Source: Candidatus Woesearchaeota archaeon (GTDB lineage: Archaea; Nanobdellota; Nanobdellia; Pacearchaeales; GW2011-AR1). From it: DNA of 64,000 nucleotides. Shown piece after piece: positions 46,407-56,782 of the stretch. The DNA lies in contig CAZUKQ010000002.1 of the NCBI GenBank assembly GCA_964621025.1, positions 35,292-99,291 on the forward strand, written 5' to 3'. A model generated the notes under the pieces. The model was given only the letters and a program-made list of their open reading frames with translations, had not been told where the DNA came from and searched no databases. Within the stretch, counting starts at the first letter, position 1, and every line of letters begins with the position of its first letter. The position numbers and the translations under genes are program-made.

Positions 46407-47587
46407 AGTCAAAAAGAAACGTTGGCAGTAATGTAAAAAAGTATTATCTTTTTAGTTTTTTTAGTGAGTTAGTCTTCTTTATTCCTATTATCGTTTTATT
46501 TTGGCAGAGCAACGGTTTGAGTTTAACACAAATTATGTTGTTACAGTCTCTTTATGCGATTTCTGTTGTTTTATTAGAAGTTCCAACAGGTGTTGTTGCT
46601 GATAAAATAGGTAGAAAACAAAGTTTGGTTTGTGGAGGATTTTTCTCTATTATAGGTTTTGTTTCTTATGCTTTGGGACATAACTTTTGGCAATTCTTAA
46701 TTGCTGAAATGATTCTTGCCTTAGCGAATAGTTTTATTTCAGGAGCTGATTCAGCTTTTATTTATGATTCATTAAAAGAACAAAAGCAAGAAAATAATTT
46801 TAAGAAAGTTAGAGGTAATGGAAAATCGTTAGAGTATTTTGCTGCAGCTTTTGCAAGTGTTTGTGGGGGTTTCATTGCTATCTATGGATTAAGACTAAAT
46901 TTCTGGTTAACTGTTTTTGGTATGATTCTTGCTTTTTTTGTTATGTTGTCTTTAGTAGAACCAAAAAGATTTAGCAAGGTTTTGAATAATAAGAGTTACT
47001 GGAAGCACACTAAAGAAAGTTTTAGGGAATTATTCAAAACTAAACAATTATTATTCTTGATATTATTTAATGGTCTTCTGGTAATTATGCTTAGAACTTC
47101 TCTTTGGTTTTATCAGCCGTACATGAAAAGCTCGGGTTTAGCTTTAGCTTACTTTGGTATTGTGTGGGCTAGTTTCAATCTCTTTGCAATTTTGGGTAGC
47201 AAGTCTGCACACAGATTTGAAAAATATCTTGGGGAAAAGTGGAGTCTTTGGTTTATGGGCGTCGGTATAGTTTTAAGTTTAGTTTTTATGAGTTTTTGGT
47301 TTGCGCTTTTTGGTTTGCTTTTTATCTGTTTTCAACAATTTATCAGAGGTTTTATCCCACCAGTTATAGAGAGTTATACTCACAAGCATCTTAGTTCTGA
47401 AAAAAGAGCAACTTTAATGTCGATACAGAATATGACTGGAAGTTTAATGTTCGCGATAGCTGGTCCAATTTATGGAAAGATTGCAGATGTTTATTCGTTG
47501 AGTACCGCTTTGCTAGTTACTGCTCTAAGTGTTTTCGTTGCTCTCGTTTTATTGATGATTTGGAATAGGAAGAATAACTCACATTAA
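46403..47587 (+). CDS. MFS transporter
   Basis: About 12 hydrophobic helices and a D-K/R-IGRK-like loop (ADKIGRKQSL) after TM2. Confidence 0.75.
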   Translation: MKSKRNVGSNVKKYYLFSFFSELVFFIPIIVLFWQSNGLSLTQIMLLQSLYAISVVLLEVPTGVVADKIGRKQSLVCGGFFSIIGFVSYALGHNFWQFLIAEMILALANSFISGADSAFIYDSLKEQKQENNFKKVRGNGKSLEYFAAAFASVCGGFIAIYGLRLNFWLTVFGMILAFFVMLSLVEPKRFSKVLNNKSYWKHTKESFRELFKTKQLLFLILFNGLLVIMLRTSLWFYQPYMKSSGLALAYFGIVWASFNLFAILGSKSAHRFEKYLGEKWSLWFMGVGIVLSLVFMSFWFALFGLLFICFQQFIRGFIPPVIESYTHKHLSSEKRATLMSIQNMTGSLMFAIAGPIYGKIADVYSLSTALLVTALSVFVALVLLMIWNRKNNSH

Positions 47588-47785
47588 AACTCTTAAGATT
47601 CCGATAGCTACTAAAAGAAATCCGAGCATTGCACTGACAATATCTTTGTTAATTGTTTTTCCAGTGTGGTGTTTTTTTATTTCACAGAATGTTGACCAAC
47701 ATTTTTTTCTGGAGATTGTGAATAGATATATTCCTAATAAAGCGAGCAGGATTCCAAAAAACCAATCGTGTAGATGTGTTATCAT
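47579..47785 (-). CDS. small membrane protein
   Basis: 68 aa with two helices. Confidence 0.3.
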   Translation of the reverse strand: MITHLHDWFFGILLALLGIYLFTISRKKCWSTFCEIKKHHTGKTINKDIVSAMLGFLLVAIGILRVLM

Positions 47786-47854
47786 ATTTTTATTAAGTGT
47801 GAGAAGATTATAAGTTTTGTGAATGTTTATTAAGTTTAATTCTATTGATAATTT

Positions 47855-48094
47855 ATGAAAAAAGAGAAGGAAGAGGTTTGGTTCCGGGCAAAATGTTATG
47901 GTTGGGGCTGGTATCCTTCAACTTGGCAAGGCGTTTTAGTGATTTTAGTCTGGGTAATTCTTTTTACTTTGTCGATGATGAAATTAGATCACGAATGGTT
48001 GAAAAATTTTGTTGCTATTTTTATTTTTACGGCAATTCTTCTTTGGATTTGTTGGAAAAAAGGTGAAAAACCAAGATGGAGATGGGGAAAATGA
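47855..48094 (+). CDS. small membrane protein
   Basis: 79 aa, Trp-rich, two helices. Preferred over the alternative frame at 47845. Confidence 0.3.
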   Translation: MKKEKEEVWFRAKCYGWGWYPSTWQGVLVILVWVILFTLSMMKLDHEWLKNFVAIFIFTAILLWICWKKGEKPRWRWGK

Positions 48095-48573
48095 AAGTAG
48101 GTATAATTGGACCAAATAAAATTTTCAAAGGTGATGTAAATGAAAGAAAGAAATTACTTGCTAAAGTAGCTGAGATTTTAGTTAGCGAAAAGCATGAATT
48201 AGTTCTTACTCCCGACAAAGGTTCTTTATTGGAATATTTTGGGAAAAGATATAATGAACTTGGTGGAAAGAAAATCACGCTAGTTTTACCGACGGGCGAA
48301 GTTGGTCACGAAGAATATCTAAACACCGATTTAGGAGAAATAATTTCCTCAATGGATTGGGATAGGCAAGCAAATGAATTTAATAGACGGTGTGATGTTT
48401 TTGTTTGCGTTGGTTATTCTTGGGGTGCAATGAAAGAAATTGCCTGTGCCCAGTATTTCAATAAAAAGAAAATTTATGTTTTGAAAGAATTTATCTCTAA
48501 GAAAATGCCAGATGAATTAAATTTCTTGGTAGATTATATAAAAATTAGTGAGTTGAAGAGGAAATTAAAATGA
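48076..48573 (+). CDS. LOG/TIGR00725-like Rossmann-fold protein
   Basis: KVGIIGPNK... and VFVCVGYSWGAMKEIACAQYF resemble the SLOG/LOG-family glycine-rich core. Confidence 0.45.
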   Translation: MEMGKMKVGIIGPNKIFKGDVNERKKLLAKVAEILVSEKHELVLTPDKGSLLEYFGKRYNELGGKKITLVLPTGEVGHEEYLNTDLGEIISSMDWDRQANEFNRRCDVFVCVGYSWGAMKEIACAQYFNKKKIYVLKEFISKKMPDELNFLVDYIKISELKRKLK

Positions 48574-48721
48574 AAAGAAAAATAAATAAAAAAGTTACTG
48601 CTCTATCCATAATTGCAATTGTCTGTTTAATTCTGACTTATGTTGTTAATTGGATTTTTATTATTCCTGCAATTGTGATTATGTTAATGAATCACAAAGA
48701 ATTGTTTGGGAAGAAAAGATA

Positions 48722-49015
48722 TTAAGTCAGTACGCCATAGGCTTCGAGAAGTAAATCGTGAAGTTCTGCTTCTTCTTTTTCTTCTAGTTCTTTTCCTCGA
48801 TTATATTTTGTTTCCCAATAGGTTACGAGGTCCCAAATGACTGCATCATCCTGTTCACCGTTTCCACAATCGCGGTACCAATCTTTTGGATTGGTGTAGC
48901 CCTCCCGAACATACGTTTCTTTAGGTATTGATGCTAACTTCATTTCTAAAAGATGGCCGATTTCATCCTCGGGGTAATCTTGTTGTATTTGGGTAACTAT
49001 GTCTGCTAAATTCAT
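48722..49015 (-). CDS. hypothetical protein
   Basis: 97-aa acidic Trp/Tyr-rich ORF with locally higher GC. Confidence 0.35.
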   Translation of the reverse strand: MNLADIVTQIQQDYPEDEIGHLLEMKLASIPKETYVREGYTNPKDWYRDCGNGEQDDAVIWDLVTYWETKYNRGKELEEKEEAELHDLLLEAYGVLT

Positions 49016-49161
49016 AAAAGAATTATTGTTGTAAAATTATCCGAAAGCGACCCCACTCGTCCGGATTTAAGTATTTTAGTCTGATGAATTGTATTCATGT
49101 TTGATCTTAAACTTATAATTGCGTCATCCCTTTATTAATCTTTGTTTTAACTATCTAGAAA

Positions 49162-51642
49162 CTATTCTTTAAACACTTCACTAACATCTTCTGTAGCTGT
49201 TCCTTCTGGTTCTTGACTTGCTACTTCTTCTATCGTTGTGCTTTGTTCTGCAATTTCTCTTTTTTCTATTGTCTCAGCGACTCGTTCCGATTCTTTTTCG
49301 TCAATTCTTTCTTTAATGTCTGAGATGTTATCTAGTGGTTCAATTTTTACCTTACCTTGAACAGTAGAAGTAGGTTTAGCATCTTCCATTGATTTGATTA
49401 ATATTGAAAGTTCGTGAGCTACGTCGGCGTTTACGGAGATGGAATCAATTCCTTGCTTAACCAAGAACTCAACCATTTCTTTTTTACTTCCTGCTTGGCC
49501 ACAAATAGAAGTTTCAATCTTAGGTTTTCTTGAATGACATTCTCTTATCACTTTTGAAATTTGTTTTAGAACTGCCCAGTTCATTTCGTCATAGATGTAT
49601 TGGACTTGGTCATTTCCTCTATCGATTGCCAATGTGAACTGTGTTAGGTCGTTTGTTCCGAAAGAGATGAAGTCAATTCCAACATCACAGATATCTTTAA
49701 TCAAAGTTGTTGCGGCAGGAGTTTCAATCATTGCTCCGACTTTTACATTTTCGTGTCCAAGCATTCCCATGTCTTTCATTATCACTTTTGCTGCTTTGAC
49801 TTCTTCGGGAGAGATAACTTGGGGAAACATTACACCAAACTTGAAACCTTTCTTTGCTAGTTCAAACATTGCGCCAAGTTCTGCTCTGAATAAGTCTTCA
49901 TGCTTCAATGAGAATCGGATTCCGTGGAAACCTAACATAGGATTACCTTCCTTTGCCTTAGGTGCACCTTGTAAATTTGAATATTCGTCACTTCTGATGT
50001 CTGAGGTTCTTACCCAAACTTCTTTTCCAGGGAAGTTCTCAGCGATTTTTAGGAAACCATCTCGTAACATCGTTTGGTATTCATCAATTTTATTATTGTC
50101 TTTGTAGTACATTGGGTGTTTACCAGACATTGCGATTAAACCTTCCATTCTAACTAATCCAACACCATCAGCGTTTGTCTTAGCAGCCCTCTCAGCGAAT
50201 TGTGGAAGGTCTACAAGAACTTTTATTTTTATTTTGGTGTGAACAATAGGTAAGATTTCAACTTTCTTATTTTCAGCTCTCCCTAAGTAAACTTTTCCGT
50301 TAGCACCATCAACCGTTACTTCTTTTCCTTCTTCTAAAACTTGTGTTGCGTTTCCTGTTCCGACTACTGCAGGAATTCCCATTTCTCTTGAAACTATTGC
50401 TGCGTGAGCCGTGATTCCACCTTCGTCAGTTACTATCGCAGAAGCTTTTTGCATTGTTACAACCATATCTGGATTTGTCATTTCAGTTACAAGAACATCG
50501 CCGTCTTTTACTTTATCTAAGTCATCCATTGAATGAACAATTCTTACAATACCTGATGCAACTCCGGGGCTAGCTCCAAGACCTTGAACTAAAATTTGTC
50601 CAGATAATTCTTGTGCTTCTTTTTTATTTCCAATTGTCGTGATAGGTCTTGTTTGTAAAATGAAAATGTTTCCGTCTTCAATTGAAAATTCAATGTCTTG
50701 AGGTTTGTTATAATGTTTTTCCAATTTCAATGCAAATTCTGCAAGTTGTTTTACTTCATGAGTTTTCAAAACTTTTTTATTAGAAATTTCTGGAGTAAGC
50801 TGAACCGTTTTCGTGATACCTGAAGAATCTCTTACAATTGCTACTTTTTTTTCTGCGATTGTTTCACTTAATATTTCTAAATCTCTAGATACGACGTATC
50901 CATCAGGTTTGATTCTTCCAGAAACAATTCCTTCTCCCTGGCCGAAAACAGCTTCGATTAAAATGTTATCTTGTTTTACTGGGTCGACTGAGAACATTAC
51001 TCCTGACTTGTCAGAGTTTATCATTCTTTGAACTATCGCCGAAATTCCAACGTGTGCGTCGAAGCCCTTACTTATTCTGTAGAAAATTGCTCTTGCAGTA
51101 AATGTCGATGCGAAAACTTTCTTTACGTGTAATATCACTTCTGAGTTTCCTTTTACATTGATGAAAGAATCTTGTTGGCCTGCGAAAGATGCGTCGGATA
51201 AGTCTTCTGCTGTTGCGGAACTTCTTACAGAAACGAAAATTGGTTCTTGTGCAGTCTTCATTATTGTCATAACATTTGCTGCGCCTTTCATGTCGTCTAA
51301 GTTTACATTAAAGTGACCGTATGCTTCTAAAATTTCTTTTTCTAAATCTTCGGGCATTGGTGTGCTAATAACTAAATCTCTAATCTCTTTTGCTTTTTCG
51401 GTTAGTGCTTTTGTATCGTTCTTGTCAATCTTAGAAAGCATGTGGTCAATTTGTTGTCTTACTCCAGTTTTACCTAAGAAATGATCATAAGCGTAAGTTG
51501 TAACGGCGAATGCAGGTGGAACCGGGAAGCCAGCGTTGTACATCTCTCCGAGATTTGCACCTTTACCACCAACGATAGCACCATCAGATTTAGAAAGCTC
51601 CGAAAGCCATGCTATAAACCTCTCTTTCATGAAATAAAACAA
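49162..51642 (-). CDS. ppsA: phosphoenolpyruvate synthase (pyruvate, water dikinase)
   Basis: N-terminal VGGKGANLGEM ATP-grasp region, phospho-His domain TDEGGITAHAAIVSREMGIPAVVG, and a C-terminal PEP-utilising TIM barrel. 826 aa. Confidence 0.9.
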   Translation of the reverse strand: MFYFMKERFIAWLSELSKSDGAIVGGKGANLGEMYNAGFPVPPAFAVTTYAYDHFLGKTGVRQQIDHMLSKIDKNDTKALTEKAKEIRDLVISTPMPEDLEKEILEAYGHFNVNLDDMKGAANVMTIMKTAQEPIFVSVRSSATAEDLSDASFAGQQDSFINVKGNSEVILHVKKVFASTFTARAIFYRISKGFDAHVGISAIVQRMINSDKSGVMFSVDPVKQDNILIEAVFGQGEGIVSGRIKPDGYVVSRDLEILSETIAEKKVAIVRDSSGITKTVQLTPEISNKKVLKTHEVKQLAEFALKLEKHYNKPQDIEFSIEDGNIFILQTRPITTIGNKKEAQELSGQILVQGLGASPGVASGIVRIVHSMDDLDKVKDGDVLVTEMTNPDMVVTMQKASAIVTDEGGITAHAAIVSREMGIPAVVGTGNATQVLEEGKEVTVDGANGKVYLGRAENKKVEILPIVHTKIKIKVLVDLPQFAERAAKTNADGVGLVRMEGLIAMSGKHPMYYKDNNKIDEYQTMLRDGFLKIAENFPGKEVWVRTSDIRSDEYSNLQGAPKAKEGNPMLGFHGIRFSLKHEDLFRAELGAMFELAKKGFKFGVMFPQVISPEEVKAAKVIMKDMGMLGHENVKVGAMIETPAATTLIKDICDVGIDFISFGTNDLTQFTLAIDRGNDQVQYIYDEMNWAVLKQISKVIRECHSRKPKIETSICGQAGSKKEMVEFLVKQGIDSISVNADVAHELSILIKSMEDAKPTSTVQGKVKIEPLDNISDIKERIDEKESERVAETIEKREIAEQSTTIEEVASQEPEGTATEDVSEVFKE

Positions 51643-51690
51643 TCAAATGATTATATAAATCTTTTTAAATCGCTGAGAACTCTCAAAATT

Positions 51691-53007
51691 ATGACAACAT
51701 ATGAAGAGTCAGGGGTTCATAATGATGCGAAGGAAGATGTTTCTAAAATTCTTTATCATGCTGCGAGAGAGACTTGGAAAAATAGAGAAGGAAAATTGGG
51801 AGAAGTTATTTCTGCGTTTGATAATTTTTCTGGTGTGAGAGCAATAGATGTTTCAAATCTTCCAAAAGGAACTTTGATGAATATGGGTTTTGATGGGGTT
51901 GGAACAAAAATGGAAATTGCAGAAAGGATGAATGATTACCGAACAATTGCTTACGATTTATTCGCTATGGTTTGCGACGACGCTATTGTGCGAGGTGCAG
52001 AGCCAGTTTTAATTGGTTCAATTTTAGACACAAATTCTCTTAAGGGAAAAAATGGCCCTTACACAAAACAAGTTAGACAACTTGCTGAGGGTTATGTTAA
52101 AGCAGCTAGAGAAGCGAATGTTGCTGTTGTGAATGGCGAATGTGCGGAACTTGGAAGTAGAGTTGGAGGTTATGGTGGAAACAATTTCGCCTTGCAATTA
52201 GCTCACAGTTACATTTCTGTCAATCTGAATAGAGATAATTTCCTAAGTATAAAACTTCTTTCAAGTTATTTAGTGGAGAAAAATGAAGAGGTTAAAAAGA
52301 AAATTCTTGAAGGAATAGATTTGCCAGAAAGAAAATTTTTAGAAGGTCTTGAAAACATGGTTGGTTTCAATTCTAATTGGGGTGCAAGTGCAGTTTGGTT
52401 TGCAAATAAAGATAGACTGTTTACAGGAATGGAAATTAAGGAAGGTAATGACTTAATAGCATTAAGAGAGCAAGGATTTAGGTCTAATGGGCTTTCACTT
52501 GTGAGAAAAATTTTGGAAGATAACTTTGGAAATGAGTGGCACAAAAAAGAATTTATGGAAGGTACTTACGGAAGTGCAGTTTTAACTCCTTCGAGAATTT
52601 ATACAAAAGCAGTTGTTGATATGTTTGGCGGTTTTAATGGTTTGGTAAAAACCGAAGTTCATGGAGTTGCACATATAACTGGGGGAGGAATTCCTGAAAA
52701 GTTGGGAAGAATGTTAGAACCTTCTGGTTTGTCTGCTTATTTGAATTCTTTGATTGCTCCTCCGTTAATTATGGAACAGGTTAGAAAAATGGGAGATGTT
52801 TCTCATATTAATGCTTACAAAACTTGGAACATGGGAAATGGATTAATTATAGCGACGCCAAGAGCAGAAGAAGTTATAAAAATTGCTGGCGAACATCAAA
52901 TTTATGCGAAGAAAATTGGGAAGGTTGTGAAAGAAGATAAACCTAAAGTAATAATTGAAGCGCAGTCTTCTGGTCCTAAAGAAAGATTAGAATTTTTAAT
53001 TGATTAA
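51691..53007 (+). CDS. purM: phosphoribosylformylglycinamidine cyclo-ligase (AIR synthase, PurM)
   Basis: GFDGVGTKMEIA...DLFAMVCDDAIVRGAEP, GLSLVRKIL, TPSRIYTK, VHGVAHITGGGIPEKL and WNMGNGLIIA follow PurM throughout. Start moved to ATG 51691; the track start at 51481 would overlap ppsA by 160 nt. Confidence 0.9.
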   Translation: MTTYEESGVHNDAKEDVSKILYHAARETWKNREGKLGEVISAFDNFSGVRAIDVSNLPKGTLMNMGFDGVGTKMEIAERMNDYRTIAYDLFAMVCDDAIVRGAEPVLIGSILDTNSLKGKNGPYTKQVRQLAEGYVKAAREANVAVVNGECAELGSRVGGYGGNNFALQLAHSYISVNLNRDNFLSIKLLSSYLVEKNEEVKKKILEGIDLPERKFLEGLENMVGFNSNWGASAVWFANKDRLFTGMEIKEGNDLIALREQGFRSNGLSLVRKILEDNFGNEWHKKEFMEGTYGSAVLTPSRIYTKAVVDMFGGFNGLVKTEVHGVAHITGGGIPEKLGRMLEPSGLSAYLNSLIAPPLIMEQVRKMGDVSHINAYKTWNMGNGLIIATPRAEEVIKIAGEHQIYAKKIGKVVKEDKPKVIIEAQSSGPKERLEFLID

Positions 53008-53355
53008 TTATTCAGAAAATAAAACTTCGTGGTAGGGTTGGTCTAGTAAATATTCTGGGAGTTTGCATAAAGCACAGGAGTATTGTTCTATCTCTGGATT
53101 ACTTCCAACAATTTGTTTAACTCTTTTAAAAGTAAAAACAATTCTTTCGTCTTCTATGTCTAAACTGGTTATTGTTTTTCCGTATCTATTGTGAATTCTT
53201 GCTTGGGCTTTTTCTCTAGTTTTTTGGTCTGGGCAGAATAGAGATCTTTGGGCTAGTCGAGAAAACAGAGCAACTTCTTTATCAAATTTTTCTAAATCTA
53301 TATCATTAAACCTTAAGGTTTCTTCAAGTGTTTGTTTATCTAACGATGCTGCCAT
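53008..53355 (-). CDS. hypothetical protein
   Basis: 115-aa ORF. No recognisable motif. Confidence 0.35.
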   Translation of the reverse strand: MAASLDKQTLEETLRFNDIDLEKFDKEVALFSRLAQRSLFCPDQKTREKAQARIHNRYGKTITSLDIEDERIVFTFKRVKQIVGSNPEIEQYSCALCKLPEYLLDQPYHEVLFSE

Positions 53356-53671
53356 TTTCTATGTCATCTGATGGGCTGATTAAAACTACTTTTGATTCGT
53401 CTTTGTTGACTGCTGCGAGAACCATTCCCTGACTTTCAATTCCTTTTAGTTTTCGCGGGGCAAGATTCTTGAACAGAATTATCTTTTTCCCTTTCAACTC
53501 TTCTCTTGAATAAAATTTCTTGATACCTGCACAAACAGTTCGGTTTTCATCTCCGATATTTATCAATAATTTGTAAAGTTTGTCAGCACCGGGAATGTCT
53601 TCGACGTTTTCTATCACGCCTACAACTAGATTTATTTTTTCCCAATCGTCAAAATTGGCAATGCCTTCCAT
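53336..53671 (-). CDS. tRNA-binding (Trbp111/CsaA/EMAP-like OB-fold) domain protein
   Basis: KLYKLLINIGDENRTVCAGIKKFYSREELKGKKIILFKNLAPRKLKGIESQGMVLAA matches the Myf/tRNA-binding domain of Trbp111 and the MetRS C-terminus. Confidence 0.7.
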   Translation of the reverse strand: MEGIANFDDWEKINLVVGVIENVEDIPGADKLYKLLINIGDENRTVCAGIKKFYSREELKGKKIILFKNLAPRKLKGIESQGMVLAAVNKDESKVVLISPSDDIENGSIVR

Positions 53672-53751
53672 GTTTATTTCTAGAATTTGAAGATTTTAAA
53701 TGTTTACATCGTTATCATTACGTTTAAAAATGAGGGTGACTTTAGTGGTTT

Positions 53752-54357
53752 ATGTTTGGTAAAAGATGTCCGTCATGTAATGAAAGAGTAAAGAAGAAAT
53801 TCAACTATTGTCCTCATTGTAGCTATGGTCTTAAACAGCGAAAGCCTACCGGAGATTTTGGTTTGCTTGGTCTTGGCGATGACATAAAATTACCTTTTGG
53901 ATTTAATGCGATTATGAAACCTTTGATGAAACAACTTGAAAAGGAGCTTGGTTCTTTGGACATGAGTGAGTTGAATCAAAATATGGGTCAACAGCCGAAG
54001 GGATTCAAAATTCAAATATCTACGGGAAAACCTCAGAACCACCAGAACGTTGGAAAGGTTGAAATGCCTGTAATTGAAAATGATGAAGTTTCACACAGAG
54101 AATCAGAACGAAGACAGAAATTGCCTAGAGTCGACGCTAAATCAACCATTCGGAGATTGCCTGAAGGAATTGTTTATGAAATTTCTACACCCGGTGTAAA
54201 GAATCAAAAAGAAGTCGTTGTTTCTCAGCTTGAAGATGGAATTGAAGTTCGAGCTTATTCAAAGGCAAAATGTTATACTAAGATAATTCCTATGAAGGCA
54301 GAGATTTTAGGTTACAAAGTTAGTGACGAGAAAGTTTTGGTCAAGTTGAAGGCTTAA
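53752..54357 (+). CDS. Zn-ribbon protein with possible C-terminal HSP20/alpha-crystallin-like domain
   Basis: N-terminal CPSCNERV...YCPHC. The C-terminus (VYEISTPGVKNQKEVVVSQLEDGIEVRAY...KVLVKLKA) loosely follows the alpha-crystallin-domain pattern. Confidence 0.35.
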   Translation: MFGKRCPSCNERVKKKFNYCPHCSYGLKQRKPTGDFGLLGLGDDIKLPFGFNAIMKPLMKQLEKELGSLDMSELNQNMGQQPKGFKIQISTGKPQNHQNVGKVEMPVIENDEVSHRESERRQKLPRVDAKSTIRRLPEGIVYEISTPGVKNQKEVVVSQLEDGIEVRAYSKAKCYTKIIPMKAEILGYKVSDEKVLVKLKA

Positions 54358-54382
54358 TTATTTATTTAAAATAAAAAAGAGA

Positions 54383-55012
54383 ATGTTAATATACCTCTTT
54401 TTATTTCAATTATTTATGGTGCTAAGTGTATTCCTTTATGCTTTTATTATAGTTTTTCTTTTAAATGTTATACCTATTTTTGGTCCGCCAACATGGCTGG
54501 TTTTGTCTTTTATCTCATTTAATTATCCTATTTCTTCTTTACCTCTTTTTGTTTTAGTAACTCTTACGGCATCTACTTTAGGAAGAATTATTTTAACGCT
54601 TTCGGCTAAACAGATTATTAGAAATAGATTCTTGGGCGAAAAGTATAGAAAAAATATGGAATATCTCAGAAAACGTCTTGAAAAACGTCCATTTTCAGTG
54701 GTTGTAGTTTTTTTCTTAGAAGCATTCACTCCTTTACCTTCGGATCAATTTTTTATAGCTTATGGATTAACTGGCATGAAGCTACGGTATGCAATTGTTC
54801 CCTTTTTCGTGGCGCGTCTTTTCACTTATAGTTTCTGGATATATACTGCCAGTGCAGTTTCAAGAGGTATTGCAGCTAACTCTCTAATTAATTTTTCTTT
54901 TTTGAGTTGGTCGTTTGTATTGGGGGAGCTTCTACTTTTAGTTATTATTTTCTTTTTTGTAAAAATTGATTGGCAACGTCTTATTTTGGAGCATAAAGTA
55001 GAAGTATTATAG
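54383..55012 (+). CDS. polytopic membrane protein (DedA/TVP38-like?)
   Basis: 209 aa with about five helices. Family assignment tentative. Confidence 0.4.
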   Translation: MLIYLFLFQLFMVLSVFLYAFIIVFLLNVIPIFGPPTWLVLSFISFNYPISSLPLFVLVTLTASTLGRIILTLSAKQIIRNRFLGEKYRKNMEYLRKRLEKRPFSVVVVFFLEAFTPLPSDQFFIAYGLTGMKLRYAIVPFFVARLFTYSFWIYTASAVSRGIAANSLINFSFLSWSFVLGELLLLVIIFFFVKIDWQRLILEHKVEVL

Positions 55013-55082
55013 GATAATTCTTAAATTGCCCCTTTAACAACTTTTATAAATAGATTTTTTGTTTAAATTTAGTAGTGCGATT

Positions 55083-55156
55083 GAGCCCGTGGCGCAGCCA
55101 GGTAGCGCACCGCTCTGATAAGGCGGGGGTCCCAAGTTCAAATCTTGGCGGGCTCA
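55083..55156 (+). tRNA. tRNA-Ile (anticodon GAT)
   Basis: GAGCCCG...CGGGCTC-A acceptor, anticodon stem CCGCT/GGCGG with loop CTGATAA, T-arm CCAAG-TTCAAAT-CTTGG. 74 nt. Confidence 0.85.
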
Positions 55157-55227
55157 TTTTCTATTAGTACCTATTTCACTATAGCAATCCTTAAATAATT
55201 CTTGCTCTAGATTAAATTGTAAAAAAG

Positions 55228-55419
55228 ATGGTAACTGCAAATTTAGAATCTTTGACTGATAAGCAAATTCAGGAATTAACTTCCGAACAACTTGGTGACC
55301 AAATTGAAAATACTCTTATTCGGATACAGCAATATTGTGGAAGAGATTCAGAAAAATGCAACCATTATCACGAACAAATTAAGAGATATTGGATGGAAGA
55401 ACATCGGCGAAAGGCATAA
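55228..55419 (+). CDS. small hypothetical protein
   Basis: 63-aa ORF. Weak support. Confidence 0.25.
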   Translation: MVTANLESLTDKQIQELTSEQLGDQIENTLIRIQQYCGRDSEKCNHYHEQIKRYWMEEHRRKA

Positions 55420-55449
55420 GATTAAATATTTCTAACGCTCTTCTCTAAT

Positions 55450-55692
55450 ATGGGTCGTTTGACTGAAAAAGAAATTGTGAAATTAGCTGCAGAATACGGA
55501 AAAAATATTGAGCATGAATTGGATGAGTGGATTAAAATTGGAAAAACTGATGAAAATAAAATAATCGATAATTTAGATATTCTAAAGCTTTCTGGTCTGC
55601 CTTTAGAGGTTTATAGTTATTATGTGGACATGTACAACTCGGTCGCATCTTATTGTTCACCTAAAACAAGAGAGTTAGAAGACTTAGTTTAG
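55450..55692 (+). CDS. small hypothetical protein
   Basis: 80-aa ORF. Weak support. Confidence 0.25.
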   Translation: MGRLTEKEIVKLAAEYGKNIEHELDEWIKIGKTDENKIIDNLDILKLSGLPLEVYSYYVDMYNSVASYCSPKTRELEDLV

Positions 55693-56670
55693 AACTGGTG
55701 AATTTGTGCTTGCTGATTTTTCTAATTTGCTTAATCTTTCAATAAGGGAAGCACCTACTTTTTTCTGTTCTTCAAGTTGTGTTTCATAGAGTTTTATTTT
55801 TTCGTCTTGTTCTGTTATTTTTTCTGCTTGAGTTTTTAGTGTTGCTGTTAAACTTCCTAAAGAGTCTTTTCTTTCTTGTTCTAGTCTTGTTGAATCTTCT
55901 TGAATTTTTTTAAAACTTTTTTCTGTTTCAATTTCATAGTTTCCAGTTTTTGCAATAATTGTGCTAATATCTTCGGCGAGAATAGAGGTTTTTGTTCCAA
56001 AGAGAGTTTCTAGATTATTTATTCTTAAAGAGTTTTGTCCGTCTGTAATCATCTTCGCTTCTTTATCAGACTGTATTTGTTCTGAAACTTTTACTATTTT
56101 TCCGTTCATGGAATCTAATGTTTCACCCACATATTTTCGATCATAGTATCCTTTCCCGACGTATGTAGCTCCAATTGCTAAAGTAGTCGCAACTATTGTT
56201 GTTCCAACAATTCTAACAGTTCTTCTCATTTGTTTATGCCTTTTAACTTCTAAGTTTGTTTGTGCTTCAACATGTTTTTGTTGTGCGTTGTATAAATCCG
56301 TTAGTCTATCTCTAAATTCTGGATGAGACAGAAGATAAATAGTCATTTTATCTAAAGAGTGAGAAACTTCCGCAGAAGTTATTTGCTCTCTAATTAGAGG
56401 ACTTTCATTGGAGGCTTTTACTAAAGCAGTATAGATTTCTTGAGCTCTTGTGAGACTTATTCCTCCGTCTATTTTTTCACCCATAGATAGAATCATTGCT
56501 TCTAAATCTGTTTTGTGTTTTTCTTCTAATTCTCTAAGAGTCTTTATTTCTTCGCCTTGTTTATACAAGGTTCTTCTGACATTTTTGTCTCGGTAATATG
56601 GTTGAGAAGCACTTTTATGTTTAAGTAATTTAGGAATATACGTGAGGAACTCATACAGTCTATTGACCAT
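55684..56670 (-). CDS. coiled-coil protein with one TM segment
   Basis: TM helix (RIVGTTIVATTLAIGATYVG) between two long helical/coiled regions. Confidence 0.4.
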   Translation of the reverse strand: MVNRLYEFLTYIPKLLKHKSASQPYYRDKNVRRTLYKQGEEIKTLRELEEKHKTDLEAMILSMGEKIDGGISLTRAQEIYTALVKASNESPLIREQITSAEVSHSLDKMTIYLLSHPEFRDRLTDLYNAQQKHVEAQTNLEVKRHKQMRRTVRIVGTTIVATTLAIGATYVGKGYYDRKYVGETLDSMNGKIVKVSEQIQSDKEAKMITDGQNSLRINNLETLFGTKTSILAEDISTIIAKTGNYEIETEKSFKKIQEDSTRLEQERKDSLGSLTATLKTQAEKITEQDEKIKLYETQLEEQKKVGASLIERLSKLEKSASTNSPVLN

Positions 56671-56782
56671 ATTTTATCTATGAAAATCTTGCTTAAAAAG
56701 ATGATTATCTCCGACTATACATATTTATTTTGAGATTTTATTGTTTAGCAAGCTTTAAAAACCGATTTTTACAAGAAATGAT

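Noticed and set aside
51481-51690. Track start of purM at 51481
   Set aside because: It would overlap ppsA by 160 nt on the opposite strand. The PurM family N-terminus aligns from ATG 51691.
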